The notes below the pieces were generated by a model, which searched no databases, was not told the origin of the DNA, and worked only from the letters and a program-made list of their open reading frames with translations. A stretch of DNA of 64,000 nt from Clostridia bacterium (GTDB lineage Bacteria; Bacillota; Peptococcia; Peptococcales; BICA1-8): contig JASKKI010000002.1 of NCBI GenBank assembly GCA_030154225.1, positions 21-64,020 on the forward strand. Reading direction: 5' to 3'. This document shows, in pieces, positions 44,876-53,632 of the stretch. The number at the start of each line of letters is the position of its first letter. Position 1 is the stretch's first letter. The position numbers and the translations under genes are program-made.

Positions 44876-44922
44876 ATTATACTTGTACAGTATTTGCAAA
44901 ATATTTTCACAATAATTAGTTA

Positions 44923-44952
44923 TTGACACTTATTCTTAATTCATGCTATATT
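44923..44952 (+). promoter_or_regulatory. Candidate sigma-A promoter of the S-box leader
   Basis: TTGACA, 18 nt, TATATT. Confidence 0.4.
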
Positions 44953-45006
44953 TTTATTCAGTAATAGTTAGTGTTTTTTAAATTTCTTATAAAATAAAAT
45001 ATTTTA

Positions 45007-45172
45007 CTCTTATCCAGAGAGGTGGAGGGACTGGCCCTGTGAAACCCGGCAACTGGCCTAGTTATTAGGTGCTGTGCCAATTCCTGCAGGCTTAATTAGT
45101 CTGACAGATAAGAGTGGTCGTACCATGGTTAGTATGCCCTCTTTTATTCTGTTGGATAAAAGAGGGTTTTTT
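45007..45172 (+). promoter_or_regulatory. SAM-I (S-box) riboswitch with terminator
   Basis: CTCTTATCCAGAGAGGTGGAGGGACTGGCCCTGTGAAACCCGGCAAC..GGTGCTGTGCCAATTCCTGCAGG..GACAGATAAGAG (45007-45114), then CCCTCTTTTA-N10-TAAAAGAGGG plus T6 (45137-45172). Confidence 0.9.
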
Positions 45173-45247
45173 AATGGATATAAGACTCAAGGGCCCTGAG
45201 TATTTATCTATTTAAGATACTTAAATAAAATTCAAGGAGGAAATAAC

Positions 45248-46060
45248 ATGAAAAAAATTATTATAACTTGCTCCCTTATCCTTATATTAGCTTTAATTGC
45301 AAGTGGCTGTGGAACTAAAAACACTGAGCAAAAAGATGAACAAAAAGTATTAAAAGTAGGGGTTACTGCTGGCCCTCATGAAGCTATCGTAGAAAAAGTT
45401 AAAGAACTTGCTGCCAAAGAAGGTCTAACAATTGAAGTTGTACCATTTAATGACTATATCCAACCCAATATTCAATTGGCTGATGGGAATATTGATTTAA
45501 ATAGTTTCCAGCATGAACCATACCTGGATAAATTTAAGGCTGACCGCAATCTTAAAATTGTAAAAATCGCCAATACAGTAAACTTCCCCATGGGTATCTA
45601 TTCTAAAAAAATAAAGAATGTCAATGAATTAAAAAATGGTGATAAGGTAGGACTGCCCAATGACCCAACAAATGAAGCAAGGGCATTACAGCTTTTCGAA
45701 CTGGCAGGATTAATAAAACTTAAAGAGAAAGCTGGGGTTAAGGCTACACTATCTGACATTGTTGAAAACCCCAAAAACTTGGAATTTATTGAACTGGAAG
45801 CCCCTATCATTTTACGTACCTTACCGGATTTAGCTGCTGCAGCTATTAATACTAACTTTATTGTGCAAGCAGGCATGTTACCAGCCAGGGACTCCATTTT
45901 TATCGAACCTAAAGATTCTCCATGGGTTAATATCATTGCCAGCCGGGAAGGGGAAGAAAATAACCCTTTATTTAAAAAATTTGTAGAGATCTATCGTTCC
46001 CAGGAAGTCAAAGATTTTATAAATGAAAAGTATAAAGACTCTGTCATTCCCAGCTGGTAA
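45248..46060 (+). CDS. metQ: Methionine ABC transporter substrate-binding lipoprotein
   Basis: Lipobox LIASGC, NlpA/MetQ family body, behind the S-box. Confidence 0.85.
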   Translation: MKKIIITCSLILILALIASGCGTKNTEQKDEQKVLKVGVTAGPHEAIVEKVKELAAKEGLTIEVVPFNDYIQPNIQLADGNIDLNSFQHEPYLDKFKADRNLKIVKIANTVNFPMGIYSKKIKNVNELKNGDKVGLPNDPTNEARALQLFELAGLIKLKEKAGVKATLSDIVENPKNLEFIELEAPIILRTLPDLAAAAINTNFIVQAGMLPARDSIFIEPKDSPWVNIIASREGEENNPLFKKFVEIYRSQEVKDFINEKYKDSVIPSW

Positions 46061-46089
46061 AAAACTTCTTATGCGCAATGATATTTGGT

Positions 46090-46170
46090 CAGTGTAAAAG
46101 TGTAAGAGTGAAAGAGTGGAACAGTTTTTCCCAATATTCTCTTTCACTTTTACTGTTTCACTGTTCCACT
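46090..46170. repeat. Inverted pair of tandem 8-nt arrays (AGTGNAAN x4 on each arm) between metQ and metN
   Basis: Left arm AGTGTAAA AGTGTAAG AGTGAAAG AGTGGAAC. The right arm is the reverse complement of AGTGGAAC AGTGAAAC AGTAAA AGTGAAAG. The arms are separated by TTTTTCCCAATATT. Confidence 0.7.
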
Positions 46171-46193
46171 ATTAACAAGTGAGGTCACAGAAT

Positions 46194-47219
46194 ATGATTG
46201 AAATTACTAATCTCTATAAAACCTATCATAGTACAGAAGGTAATGTAGAAGCCTTAAAAGGCATTAACCTAAAGGTAGAAAAAGGAGAAATTTTTGGAGT
46301 TATCGGCTTTAGCGGAGCAGGTAAAAGCTCCTTGATACGCTGTGTAAATATGTTGGAAAAACCAACTTCCGGAAGTGTAGTTGTCAATGGCTTGGAAATG
46401 ACCCAATTAACAGGACAGAATTTAAGAAATGCCCGGAAAAAAATAGGTATGATTTTTCAGCACTTTAACCTGCTGGAATCCTGTACAGTATTTGAAAATG
46501 TTGCCGTAGCTCTGGAACTATCCAATACTCCCAAACAGGTTATTACCGAAAAAGTTAATAACCTGCTCAGTATAGTCGGCCTGGCAGATAAAAAAAATAA
46601 CTATCCCAGCCAGTTATCAGGGGGCCAAAAGCAACGGGTTGCTATTGCCAGGGCATTAGCCAATGATATTGAAGTTTTACTTTGTGATGAAGCAACCTCG
46701 GCCCTGGATCCCCAGACCACAAATGCAATCTTGGATTTATTACTGGATATTAATAAAAAATTCCAGATAACAATTCTTTTGATAACCCATGAGATGCATG
46801 TAATCAAAAAAATATGTGATAAAGTTGCTGTCATAGAAAATGGTCAAATTATCGAAGAAGACACAGTATTAAATGTTTTTACCAATCCTAAAAATCAAAC
46901 AACTAAAAACTTCATTAAAAGCATTATGGAAGAAGATTTACCGGAAAGTGTTCTAAAAAAATTGCAAAAGGAAGATAGGAATAGCAATATCCTGAAGCTG
47001 ACTTTTGTAGGCTGTAATGCTGCTCAACCGGTTTTAGCCAGAATTGCTAAAGAACTACCTGTCTGGCCCAATATCTTAAGTGGAAATATCATTCAAATCA
47101 AAGACCAAACCCTGGGCCGTTTAATAATTGAGTTAGCCGGAGACAGCAACTCTATCGAAGCAGGAATTCAGATACTCAAAGAACAAAACGTTCTTACGGA
47201 GGTGTTAAATTATGATTGA
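46194..47219 (+). CDS. metN: Methionine ABC transporter ATP-binding protein with a NIL domain
   Basis: Walker A GFSGAGKSS, signature [16 protein letters not shown]-terminal NIL-like domain. Start moved to ATG 46194. Confidence 0.85.
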   Translation: MIEITNLYKTYHSTEGNVEALKGINLKVEKGEIFGVIGFSGAGKSSLIRCVNMLEKPTSGSVVVNGLEMTQLTGQNLRNARKKIGMIFQHFNLLESCTVFENVAVALELSNTPKQVITEKVNNLLSIVGLADKKNNYPSQLSGGQKQRVAIARALANDIEVLLCDEATSALDPQTTNAILDLLLDINKKFQITILLITHEMHVIKKICDKVAVIENGQIIEEDTVLNVFTNPKNQTTKNFIKSIMEEDLPESVLKKLQKEDRNSNILKLTFVGCNAAQPVLARIAKELPVWPNILSGNIIQIKDQTLGRLIIELAGDSNSIEAGIQILKEQNVLTEVLNYD

Positions 47220-47898
47220 AGCTAGCTTATGGCAACGTATCTGGTTAAGAGTCTTAGAAATAACACCTCAATTAAGTAAAGCTACTTATGAGACTATTTT
47301 AATGGTTATAATTGCCCTTTCCATTGCCGCTGTAATCGGAATACCTTTAGGAGTTCTTCTGGTAATAACACGGCCAGGTCATATTTTGGAAAAAAAGTGG
47401 TTTTATAAAATAGCAAATATGCTCATTAATATGATTCGGGCCATTCCCTTTATCATTTTATTATTTGCAATCATGCCCTTTACCCGGATGATTGTAGGAA
47501 CTACTATTCAGCTTAAAGGAGCTATTGTCCCCCTGGTAGTATTTACAGCACCCTTTATAGCCAGGGTCACGGAATCAGCCCTCCTGGAAGTTAATAAGGG
47601 AATAATTGAAGCTTTTCTGGCAATGGGAGCCAGTCCCTGGCAAATAATAACCAAAGTATTATTAAAAGAAACCAGACCAACAATGATTCTGGGTATGACC
47701 ATCTCCGCCATCAGCTTAATAGGTGCTTCAGCTATGGCTGGAGTTGTCGGTGGTGGTGGTTTAGGTGATCTAGCTATACGTTATGGTTATCAAAGATATG
47801 AAGGAGATGTAATGCTATTAACCTTGATTGTTCTCATCATAATGGTTCAGGGTATCCAAACCGTAGGTAATTCTATTGCCAAAAGGTTAAAGAAATAA
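47212..47898 (+). CDS. metI: Methionine ABC transporter permease
   Basis: MetI-type BPD_transp_1 permease; overlaps the metN stop. Confidence 0.85.
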   Translation: MIEASLWQRIWLRVLEITPQLSKATYETILMVIIALSIAAVIGIPLGVLLVITRPGHILEKKWFYKIANMLINMIRAIPFIILLFAIMPFTRMIVGTTIQLKGAIVPLVVFTAPFIARVTESALLEVNKGIIEAFLAMGASPWQIITKVLLKETRPTMILGMTISAISLIGASAMAGVVGGGGLGDLAIRYGYQRYEGDVMLLTLIVLIIMVQGIQTVGNSIAKRLKK

Positions 47899-47899
47899 G

Positions 47900-47950
47900 A
47901 AAACCTGTAAAACAGGTTTTTCTGTACCTACAGTAGCTCAGTGCTACAAA
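47900..47950 (+). terminator. Terminator AAACCTGT-AAA-ACAGGTTTTT followed by CTACAG-family copy 6
   Basis: Hairpin directly after the metI stop, then CTGTACCTACAGTAGCTCAGTGCTACAAAAAAAAG. Confidence 0.7.
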
Positions 47951-48046
47951 AAAAAGTTGCTAATATCTAGTAACTAGTAATTAAAAATTAACATTTTCTT
48001 CTCACCTCACATATAATATTGCAGCATTATTTCAGGAGGTGAGAGT

Positions 48047-48640
48047 ATGTTTAGGTTACTGAGAAGTAATCATATTGAAATCGATTTAATACGCCGTCAA
48101 TTGTTTTTTTATCAAGGTAACAATCCGGCCCGTAGTTATCCAATAGCTATCGGTAAACCTGCTACGCCAAGTCCTGTAGGGGAGTGGACAATAATAAATA
48201 AAAAAATTCTAAATTATGATAGTGTTTTTGGTAGCCGCTGGATGGGTTTAAGTAATCCCGGTTACGGTATTCACGGAACAAATAACCCTGGTTCAATAGG
48301 TAAGGCGGTTTCCAAGGGATGTATTCGTATGTATAATCACGATGTGGAAGAATTGTTCAATAAAGTCAGTATAGGAACTCCCGTCCTGATTTATAATGAT
48401 GGTCGTCCCAATAAAAGTTACAATTATCAAAATGTAAACATGCCACCAGATAATCCCCCTGCCGATAACCAATACCACCATTCCAATAATAATTCAGGGA
48501 AAACTTATCAAATAAAATCCGGTGATACTTTATGGGCCATCTCCCAAAAATTTAACATACCGTTAGATGAATTAATTAAGGCTAATCCTGGTGTTGATCC
48601 CAATAATTTATTTGTGGGGCAAATTATCTATCTACCATAG
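48047..48640 (+). CDS. L,D-transpeptidase (YkuD) with a C-terminal LysM domain
   Basis: Catalytic GIHGTN..SKGCIRM; LysM YQIKSGDTLWAISQKFNIPLDELIKANP. Confidence 0.85.
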   Translation: MFRLLRSNHIEIDLIRRQLFFYQGNNPARSYPIAIGKPATPSPVGEWTIINKKILNYDSVFGSRWMGLSNPGYGIHGTNNPGSIGKAVSKGCIRMYNHDVEELFNKVSIGTPVLIYNDGRPNKSYNYQNVNMPPDNPPADNQYHHSNNNSGKTYQIKSGDTLWAISQKFNIPLDELIKANPGVDPNNLFVGQIIYLP

Positions 48641-48764
48641 TAGTTCGGGTTTTCCCGGACTTTTCTTTTGATAAAAATCTTTTATTAATAATTTCGTTAA
48701 TAAGTAAAATTAAATGTTAAAATAGATATAATGTTGTTAATCACTTAGAACCGAGGTGCTTTAG

Positions 48765-49970
48765 ATGTTAGTAATTGGCTTAATAATTTCATTTGCCTTA
48801 ATATTATTTCTAGTTAAAAAGAAAGTCCCCATAGGTATTTCCGTTATAAGTGGCGGTATACTTCTGGCCTTAACAGCAGGGTTAAACCCTATAAAAATTT
48901 TAAGAATTATTATTTTTACCTTCACGGAAAAAAACACTCTGGAACTAATAGCCACTGTAATTATGATCAGTGTTTTAAGTAATGTTATGAAAGAATATGG
49001 TGTTATGGAGATGATGGTAACATATTTGGAAAAGATGTTTAAAAGCACGAAAGCTCTACTTTTTATTATCCCTTCTCTACTATCCACATTTACCATGACA
49101 GGAAGTGCCATTGTAGCGGCACCTATCGTGGATAGTTTAGGAGATAAAATTGGCCTGGTAAATCCAAAAAAAGCAGCTATCAATCTCTATGTTCGGCATG
49201 CCTGGTACTTTGTTTTACCCATATCTGTACCGTTAATTAATGCTTCTTATCTCAGTAACATTCCTATCAGAGAGCTTATGAAGGCACAATTACCAGTGGC
49301 TATAGCCTGTCTTATTGCTGCTTATCTAGTATACATAAAACCTTTAAATAATTCCGATGTTTCCGGGGATAACGAAAGCCGGGGAAGTATCATTTACAAT
49401 ACTATTCTCTTTACTTCACCACTTCTTGTATGTGTATTTCTTGTTTTCTGGATTCCCTTTTATATAGCCCTGGTATTAGGATGTATCCTCGCCTATTTAA
49501 TTAGGAAACGAGAAAATAGATTATCCCAGGTTTTATTGAAAAGTAAGAATATACCTTTAATATTAGCAGCTGCAGGTATTATGATCTTTAAAAACATAAT
49601 AGGTAATATCCCCCAATTAAAATCATTAATCCTGGAAGTAACCAGCCTGGGTATTCCTCTGGAGCTGTTAACAATAATAATAACTATATTTATTTCTTAT
49701 GCTGTTGCCAATCCGACACTACTAGTAGGTATGATGTATCCTTTAATTCTGCCCTTAGTTCCTGCTGAACAACAATTAGCAATGGCAGTACTTATCTTTA
49801 CTGTAGGATTTTCTGCCTATTTTATTTCTCCTGTTCACCTTTGCCAGGCATTAACTAATGAATATTTCTGTGTTTCTACAGGAGACCTTTATAAAGAATA
49901 TAAAATCACCGTACCGGTGATGTTTATTTCCGGTATTCTGACCTATTTACTATTAAGATATTTTATATAG
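48765..49970 (+). CDS. Polytopic membrane protein (DUF401-like putative transporter)
   Basis: 401 aa, about 10-12 TM segments; pattern remembered as DUF401. GAGGTG RBS. Confidence 0.55.
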   Translation: MLVIGLIISFALILFLVKKKVPIGISVISGGILLALTAGLNPIKILRIIIFTFTEKNTLELIATVIMISVLSNVMKEYGVMEMMVTYLEKMFKSTKALLFIIPSLLSTFTMTGSAIVAAPIVDSLGDKIGLVNPKKAAINLYVRHAWYFVLPISVPLINASYLSNIPIRELMKAQLPVAIACLIAAYLVYIKPLNNSDVSGDNESRGSIIYNTILFTSPLLVCVFLVFWIPFYIALVLGCILAYLIRKRENRLSQVLLKSKNIPLILAAAGIMIFKNIIGNIPQLKSLILEVTSLGIPLELLTIIITIFISYAVANPTLLVGMMYPLILPLVPAEQQLAMAVLIFTVGFSAYFISPVHLCQALTNEYFCVSTGDLYKEYKITVPVMFISGILTYLLLRYFI

Positions 49971-49975
49971 GAAAA

Positions 49976-50005
49976 TAACTGAGGCTCAGCATCAGTTACT
50001 TTTTT
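49976..50005. terminator. Bidirectional terminator between convergent genes
   Basis: TAACTGA-N9-TCAGTTA followed by CT6; an A-rich run sits on the other side. Confidence 0.6.
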
Positions 50006-50006
50006 A

Positions 50007-50435
50007 CTATTGGGCAGCGTTCTGGGCCATTTTCTTCAATAATTCTATTATTAGTTCTTTTTCCTCTGGATTAAAATTATTTGTCAAAATATCAGTCCAC
50101 TTTTCTCCCACTATAATTAAAGCCGGTTTTATAGCTAATGCCTTTTCCGTAACATAGATTATTTTTGCCCTTCTATCCCTGGGGCTAGGTTTTCTAACAA
50201 CATAACCTTCTTGTTCTAATTTTTTTATGGCTCTGGCTGTAGTTGCTTTATCAATTTGCAATAGACTCGACAGGCTTTCCTGGCTCATTCCGTCCTTTTC
50301 CAGTAAAATTGCCAGAAAAATAGCCTGTCCGCTCCTTAGATTATACTGGTTTAATTCTTTATCTAAATAGCAATGGCCGTACCGGTACAGGATAGAAAGC
50401 CAGCGACCAAGAGATCTATCTTTATTTTCTCCCAT
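50007..50435 (-). CDS. MarR-family transcriptional regulator
   Basis: Winged HTH (SQESLSSLLQIDKATTARAIKKLEQEGYVVRKPSPRDRR). Confidence 0.85.
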   Translation of the reverse strand: MGENKDRSLGRWLSILYRYGHCYLDKELNQYNLRSGQAIFLAILLEKDGMSQESLSSLLQIDKATTARAIKKLEQEGYVVRKPSPRDRRAKIIYVTEKALAIKPALIIVGEKWTDILTNNFNPEEKELIIELLKKMAQNAAQ

Positions 50436-50448
50436 TACTGTCCCTCCA

Positions 50449-51825
50449 TTATTTCAACTGGGGTTCAGGTATAAATCTTTCTTGGTGTTTTTCATTTAAA
50501 TTTCTTACTTCCGTTAATAACCAGATGCCTGTTAATAAAGCTGACCCTAAATCGGCAATAGGTGCAGCATATAAAATACCATTGAAACCATAAAATCTAG
50601 GAAGAATTAGTAATAGAGGAATCAAAAGTAAAACCTGTCTGGATAAAGTTAAAAACATAGATTGTTTAGGTTTTCCTACTGCCTGGAAATAGCTGGCTCC
50701 TACGACCTGAAAACCGATTATAGGTAAAAATAGCAAGAAAATAGTAATTGCCTGTGCTCCCAGTTCAATAAGCTTTTTATCTTCCCGATTAAAGAAGGCT
50801 ATAAGTTGTTCAGGGAATAACCTGGTAATTATAAACCCTATAGTTACTATTACTGTTGCCGCTAAAATTGCCAGTTTTAAAGCTTCTTTGACCCGGTCAA
50901 ATTTTTGGGCTCCATAATTAAAGCCAATAATGGGCTGGGCTCCCTGATTAATACCAAATACAGGCATTAAGATCAATGTTAGTATACTATTAATAATACC
51001 CATCCCGGCTATAGCCGTATCACCACCATAATAATTTAAAGTATTATTTAAAATTATATTTAAAAGACTGGCAGCAAGTTGCATGGCAAAAGGGGCGGAA
51101 CCGATTGCAAAAATTTTCCCTACCATTACCGGCTGTAATTTAAAATTACTGAAACGAAGTTTCAAGGTACTTTTACCCCTTAAAAAATAAGATAATACCC
51201 ATATAGCAGAAACCATCTGGGCTAAAACGGTGGCAAAAGCAGCTCCCTGTATACCCCACTTAAAGATAAAGATGAATAACCAATCCAGAATGATATTTGT
51301 AATAGCACCAATGAGCATGGTGAACATGGCAATTTTAGGATTTCCTTCGGCACGAATAAAATTATTCATCCCAAAACCAAGGGTCATAAAGACAGTACCC
51401 CATAAAATGATCTGCATATAATCCCTGGCATAAGGTAAAACTGTTGCACTAGCTCCAAACAGCTGTAAAAGGGCATTTAGAAAAATCAAGCCTATCCCTG
51501 ATATAATAGCTGAAACAGTAATTAAAAGAATCATGCCATTGCCTAAAATTAATTCTGCTTCCTCAATTTTCCGCTCTCCTAATTTAATAGAAAGTAGTGA
51601 TGTAGCACCAAACCCCACCAGCATGGCAAAGGCAAAAACAACTAGCATAATGGGAAAGCCGATGGTGATTCCGGCAATACCTAAAGAGCCAACACCATTA
51701 CCAATAAATATTCTATCTACAACATTGTATAAAGCATTTACCAACATCCCTACAATGGCCGGAACAGAAAATTTTAATAATAATTTCGATATTTTTTCTT
51801 CTCCCAATTGCTTTGTACGATCCAT
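50449..51825 (-). CDS. MATE-family multidrug/toxin efflux transporter
   Basis: 458 aa, 12 TM, N-terminal LLKFSVPAIVGMLVNALYNVVDRIFIG typical of MATE. Confidence 0.85.
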   Translation of the reverse strand: MDRTKQLGEEKISKLLLKFSVPAIVGMLVNALYNVVDRIFIGNGVGSLGIAGITIGFPIMLVVFAFAMLVGFGATSLLSIKLGERKIEEAELILGNGMILLITVSAIISGIGLIFLNALLQLFGASATVLPYARDYMQIILWGTVFMTLGFGMNNFIRAEGNPKIAMFTMLIGAITNIILDWLFIFIFKWGIQGAAFATVLAQMVSAIWVLSYFLRGKSTLKLRFSNFKLQPVMVGKIFAIGSAPFAMQLAASLLNIILNNTLNYYGGDTAIAGMGIINSILTLILMPVFGINQGAQPIIGFNYGAQKFDRVKEALKLAILAATVIVTIGFIITRLFPEQLIAFFNREDKKLIELGAQAITIFLLFLPIIGFQVVGASYFQAVGKPKQSMFLTLSRQVLLLIPLLLILPRFYGFNGILYAAPIADLGSALLTGIWLLTEVRNLNEKHQERFIPEPQLK

Positions 51826-51862
51826 ATCTTTTGCCTCCTCAATTATAGCCTTTCAAAATTTT

Positions 51863-51909
51863 AGTTGCACATGCAACTATTATATGTATTTTTAGTTGCT
51901 ATTGCAACT
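51863..51909. promoter_or_regulatory. Two palindromic operator candidates upstream of the MATE-marR operon
   Basis: AGTTGCA-CA-TGCAACT (51863-51878) and AGTTGC-TATT-GCAACT (51894-51909), 38-85 nt upstream of the start. Confidence 0.5.
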
Positions 51910-51982
51910 TTTATTTCTAAAAAGGTTGTTATATGAAATTGGAATTTGGCTTTTTAAAAGTGATGCATAGTAAGGAATATTT

Positions 51983-52029
51983 AAAACCCGAGGTTGCAGG
52001 TTTATACATAATACGCCTGTAACCTCGGG
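51983..52029 (-). terminator. Long-stem terminator after the metH-metF operon
   Basis: CCCGAGGTTGCAGG-N14-CCTGTAACCTCGGG with a T run on the minus strand. Confidence 0.6.
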
Positions 52030-52076
52030 CTTAAAATTAACACAGCTAGGCGCCACTTTTCAAAAGCCCTTTATTT

Positions 52077-52772
52077 TTAGTTTTTGCGACAGGCCCAGGT
52101 CGTACAGTGCACACAACTCCCACTCCCCTGGCAAAAACCTTTTCTTTTTTCACCTTGCGGATAATTATTAGCTTGAGGAAAATTAGACCAGCCGATTAAA
52201 GCTGTAATAGATTTTACCGGTTCTAATAAGTAATTTTCATTAACTTTAATTACATCTCCTGTTTCCAAATAAGAAATTATTTCCTTTTGCTGGCTCAATT
52301 CCCAATCCCCATATCCGGGGCTAAATCTTAAAGTAGAAAATAATCCTTTAGGCAAGTTCATGCCTACCAGATAATTATGAAATTTTTCCGCCATCATCTC
52401 AATAGCATTAGAACCTAAAATATCGGCAATTGTACTCTCCCATAAACGTCCTTCTTCCAGGCAGAACTGGGAGTATTGGGGTAAATCTTTATCCAGAGTA
52501 ATGGCAAATAAAGTTGCTTTTTGGCAATTTCTTAAACCGATGGCTACATAAGCACTGTCTATAAGAAACCTCCCCTGATCCAATGACAACTCCCTTTTAT
52601 TTATATAGTCTACCGTCATCTCCCTCCAGAATATTTGAGGCTTAATATAGGCCTCAAGTTCTGCCAATTTTTTCTCCGTACCTGTCTGCTCAGGTATTAA
52701 AGCAGCTAAACTAGTCAGGTCAAGACTTGGGCTAAAGTTCTTTAACACTTGAACTTCACCCACTAAAATCAT
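52077..52772 (-). CDS. Stand-alone methionine synthase activation-domain-like protein (Met_synt_B12) with a Cys-rich tail
   Basis: RFSPGYGDW and IGWSNF motifs recalled from the MetH reactivation domain. Tail is CQGSGSCVHCTTWAC. Confidence 0.55.
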   Translation of the reverse strand: MILVGEVQVLKNFSPSLDLTSLAALIPEQTGTEKKLAELEAYIKPQIFWREMTVDYINKRELSLDQGRFLIDSAYVAIGLRNCQKATLFAITLDKDLPQYSQFCLEEGRLWESTIADILGSNAIEMMAEKFHNYLVGMNLPKGLFSTLRFSPGYGDWELSQQKEIISYLETGDVIKVNENYLLEPVKSITALIGWSNFPQANNYPQGEKRKGFCQGSGSCVHCTTWACRKN

Positions 52773-53631
52773 CCTCCTTTAATAAGGCCTCAACTAGGGC
52801 TATATCACCCATAGGAAAAACATGCACACCGGGAACAATATTTCTCATTTCCTTTAATAGCTCTTTAGCTATCTCCAGCCCTCCCTGCCTACCTTTTAGC
52901 CGAAGCCGATCAATAAGCTTAGCCGGCACATGAATTCCGGGAACATTGGCATTTAAATAGTTAGCCAGCTTAACACTCTTTAAAGGCATTATACCATAAA
53001 TAAAGGGTACCGGAGGATTAGGAAATTTACTCAAAAATCTTTCTAATTGCTTAATATCAAATATGGGTTGGGTTTGAAAAAACCCTACTCCTGCTTCTAT
53101 TTTTGCCTGAATCTTTTCCAACTCTTTGTCTAAATCATCGGCTGTAGGATTTGCTACGGCACCGATAAAGAAATCCGTTATATCATCAAGCTTATTGCCC
53201 ATGAAATCCTGTCCTCTATTTAATATACCGGATAGTCTGGCCAGACCGATGGAATCCACATCAAAAACACCGGTAGCTTGGGGATGGTCACCCCGGGTAG
53301 GTTTATCTCCTGTTAAGGTTAGAATATTTTTCACCCCTAAAGCATAGGCACCTAATAATTCCGATTGTAATCCTAAGATATTCCTATCACGGCAAGTCAG
53401 GTGAAAAATAGTCTCCAAACCCAGTTCATTTTGAACAAGGTAGGCCAAAGCTATAGGGCTCATGCGCATTTTTGCCATGGGACTATCGGCAATATTTACT
53501 GCATCTACCAGGTTAGCCAATGGCCGGATTTTCTCATATACTCCCCAGGGGTTAGCTCCTTTAGGGGGATCTATCTCTACAGTTACCACAAACTGCCTGT
53601 TTTTAAGTTTTTCCCTTAATCTAATAATCAT
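52756..53631 (-). CDS. metF: 5,10-methylenetetrahydrofolate reductase
   Basis: VTVEIDPPKG..FHLTCRDRN..LTGDKP are typical MTHFR motifs. Confidence 0.85.
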   Translation of the reverse strand: MIIRLREKLKNRQFVVTVEIDPPKGANPWGVYEKIRPLANLVDAVNIADSPMAKMRMSPIALAYLVQNELGLETIFHLTCRDRNILGLQSELLGAYALGVKNILTLTGDKPTRGDHPQATGVFDVDSIGLARLSGILNRGQDFMGNKLDDITDFFIGAVANPTADDLDKELEKIQAKIEAGVGFFQTQPIFDIKQLERFLSKFPNPPVPFIYGIMPLKSVKLANYLNANVPGIHVPAKLIDRLRLKGRQGGLEIAKELLKEMRNIVPGVHVFPMGDIALVEALLKEDDFSG

Positions 53632-53632
53632 C

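Noticed and set aside
46090-46170. CRISPR-like array (also considered for the CTACAG repeats).
   Set aside because: The units are 8-9 nt with no unique spacers, there are no 25-40 nt direct repeats, and no cas genes are present.
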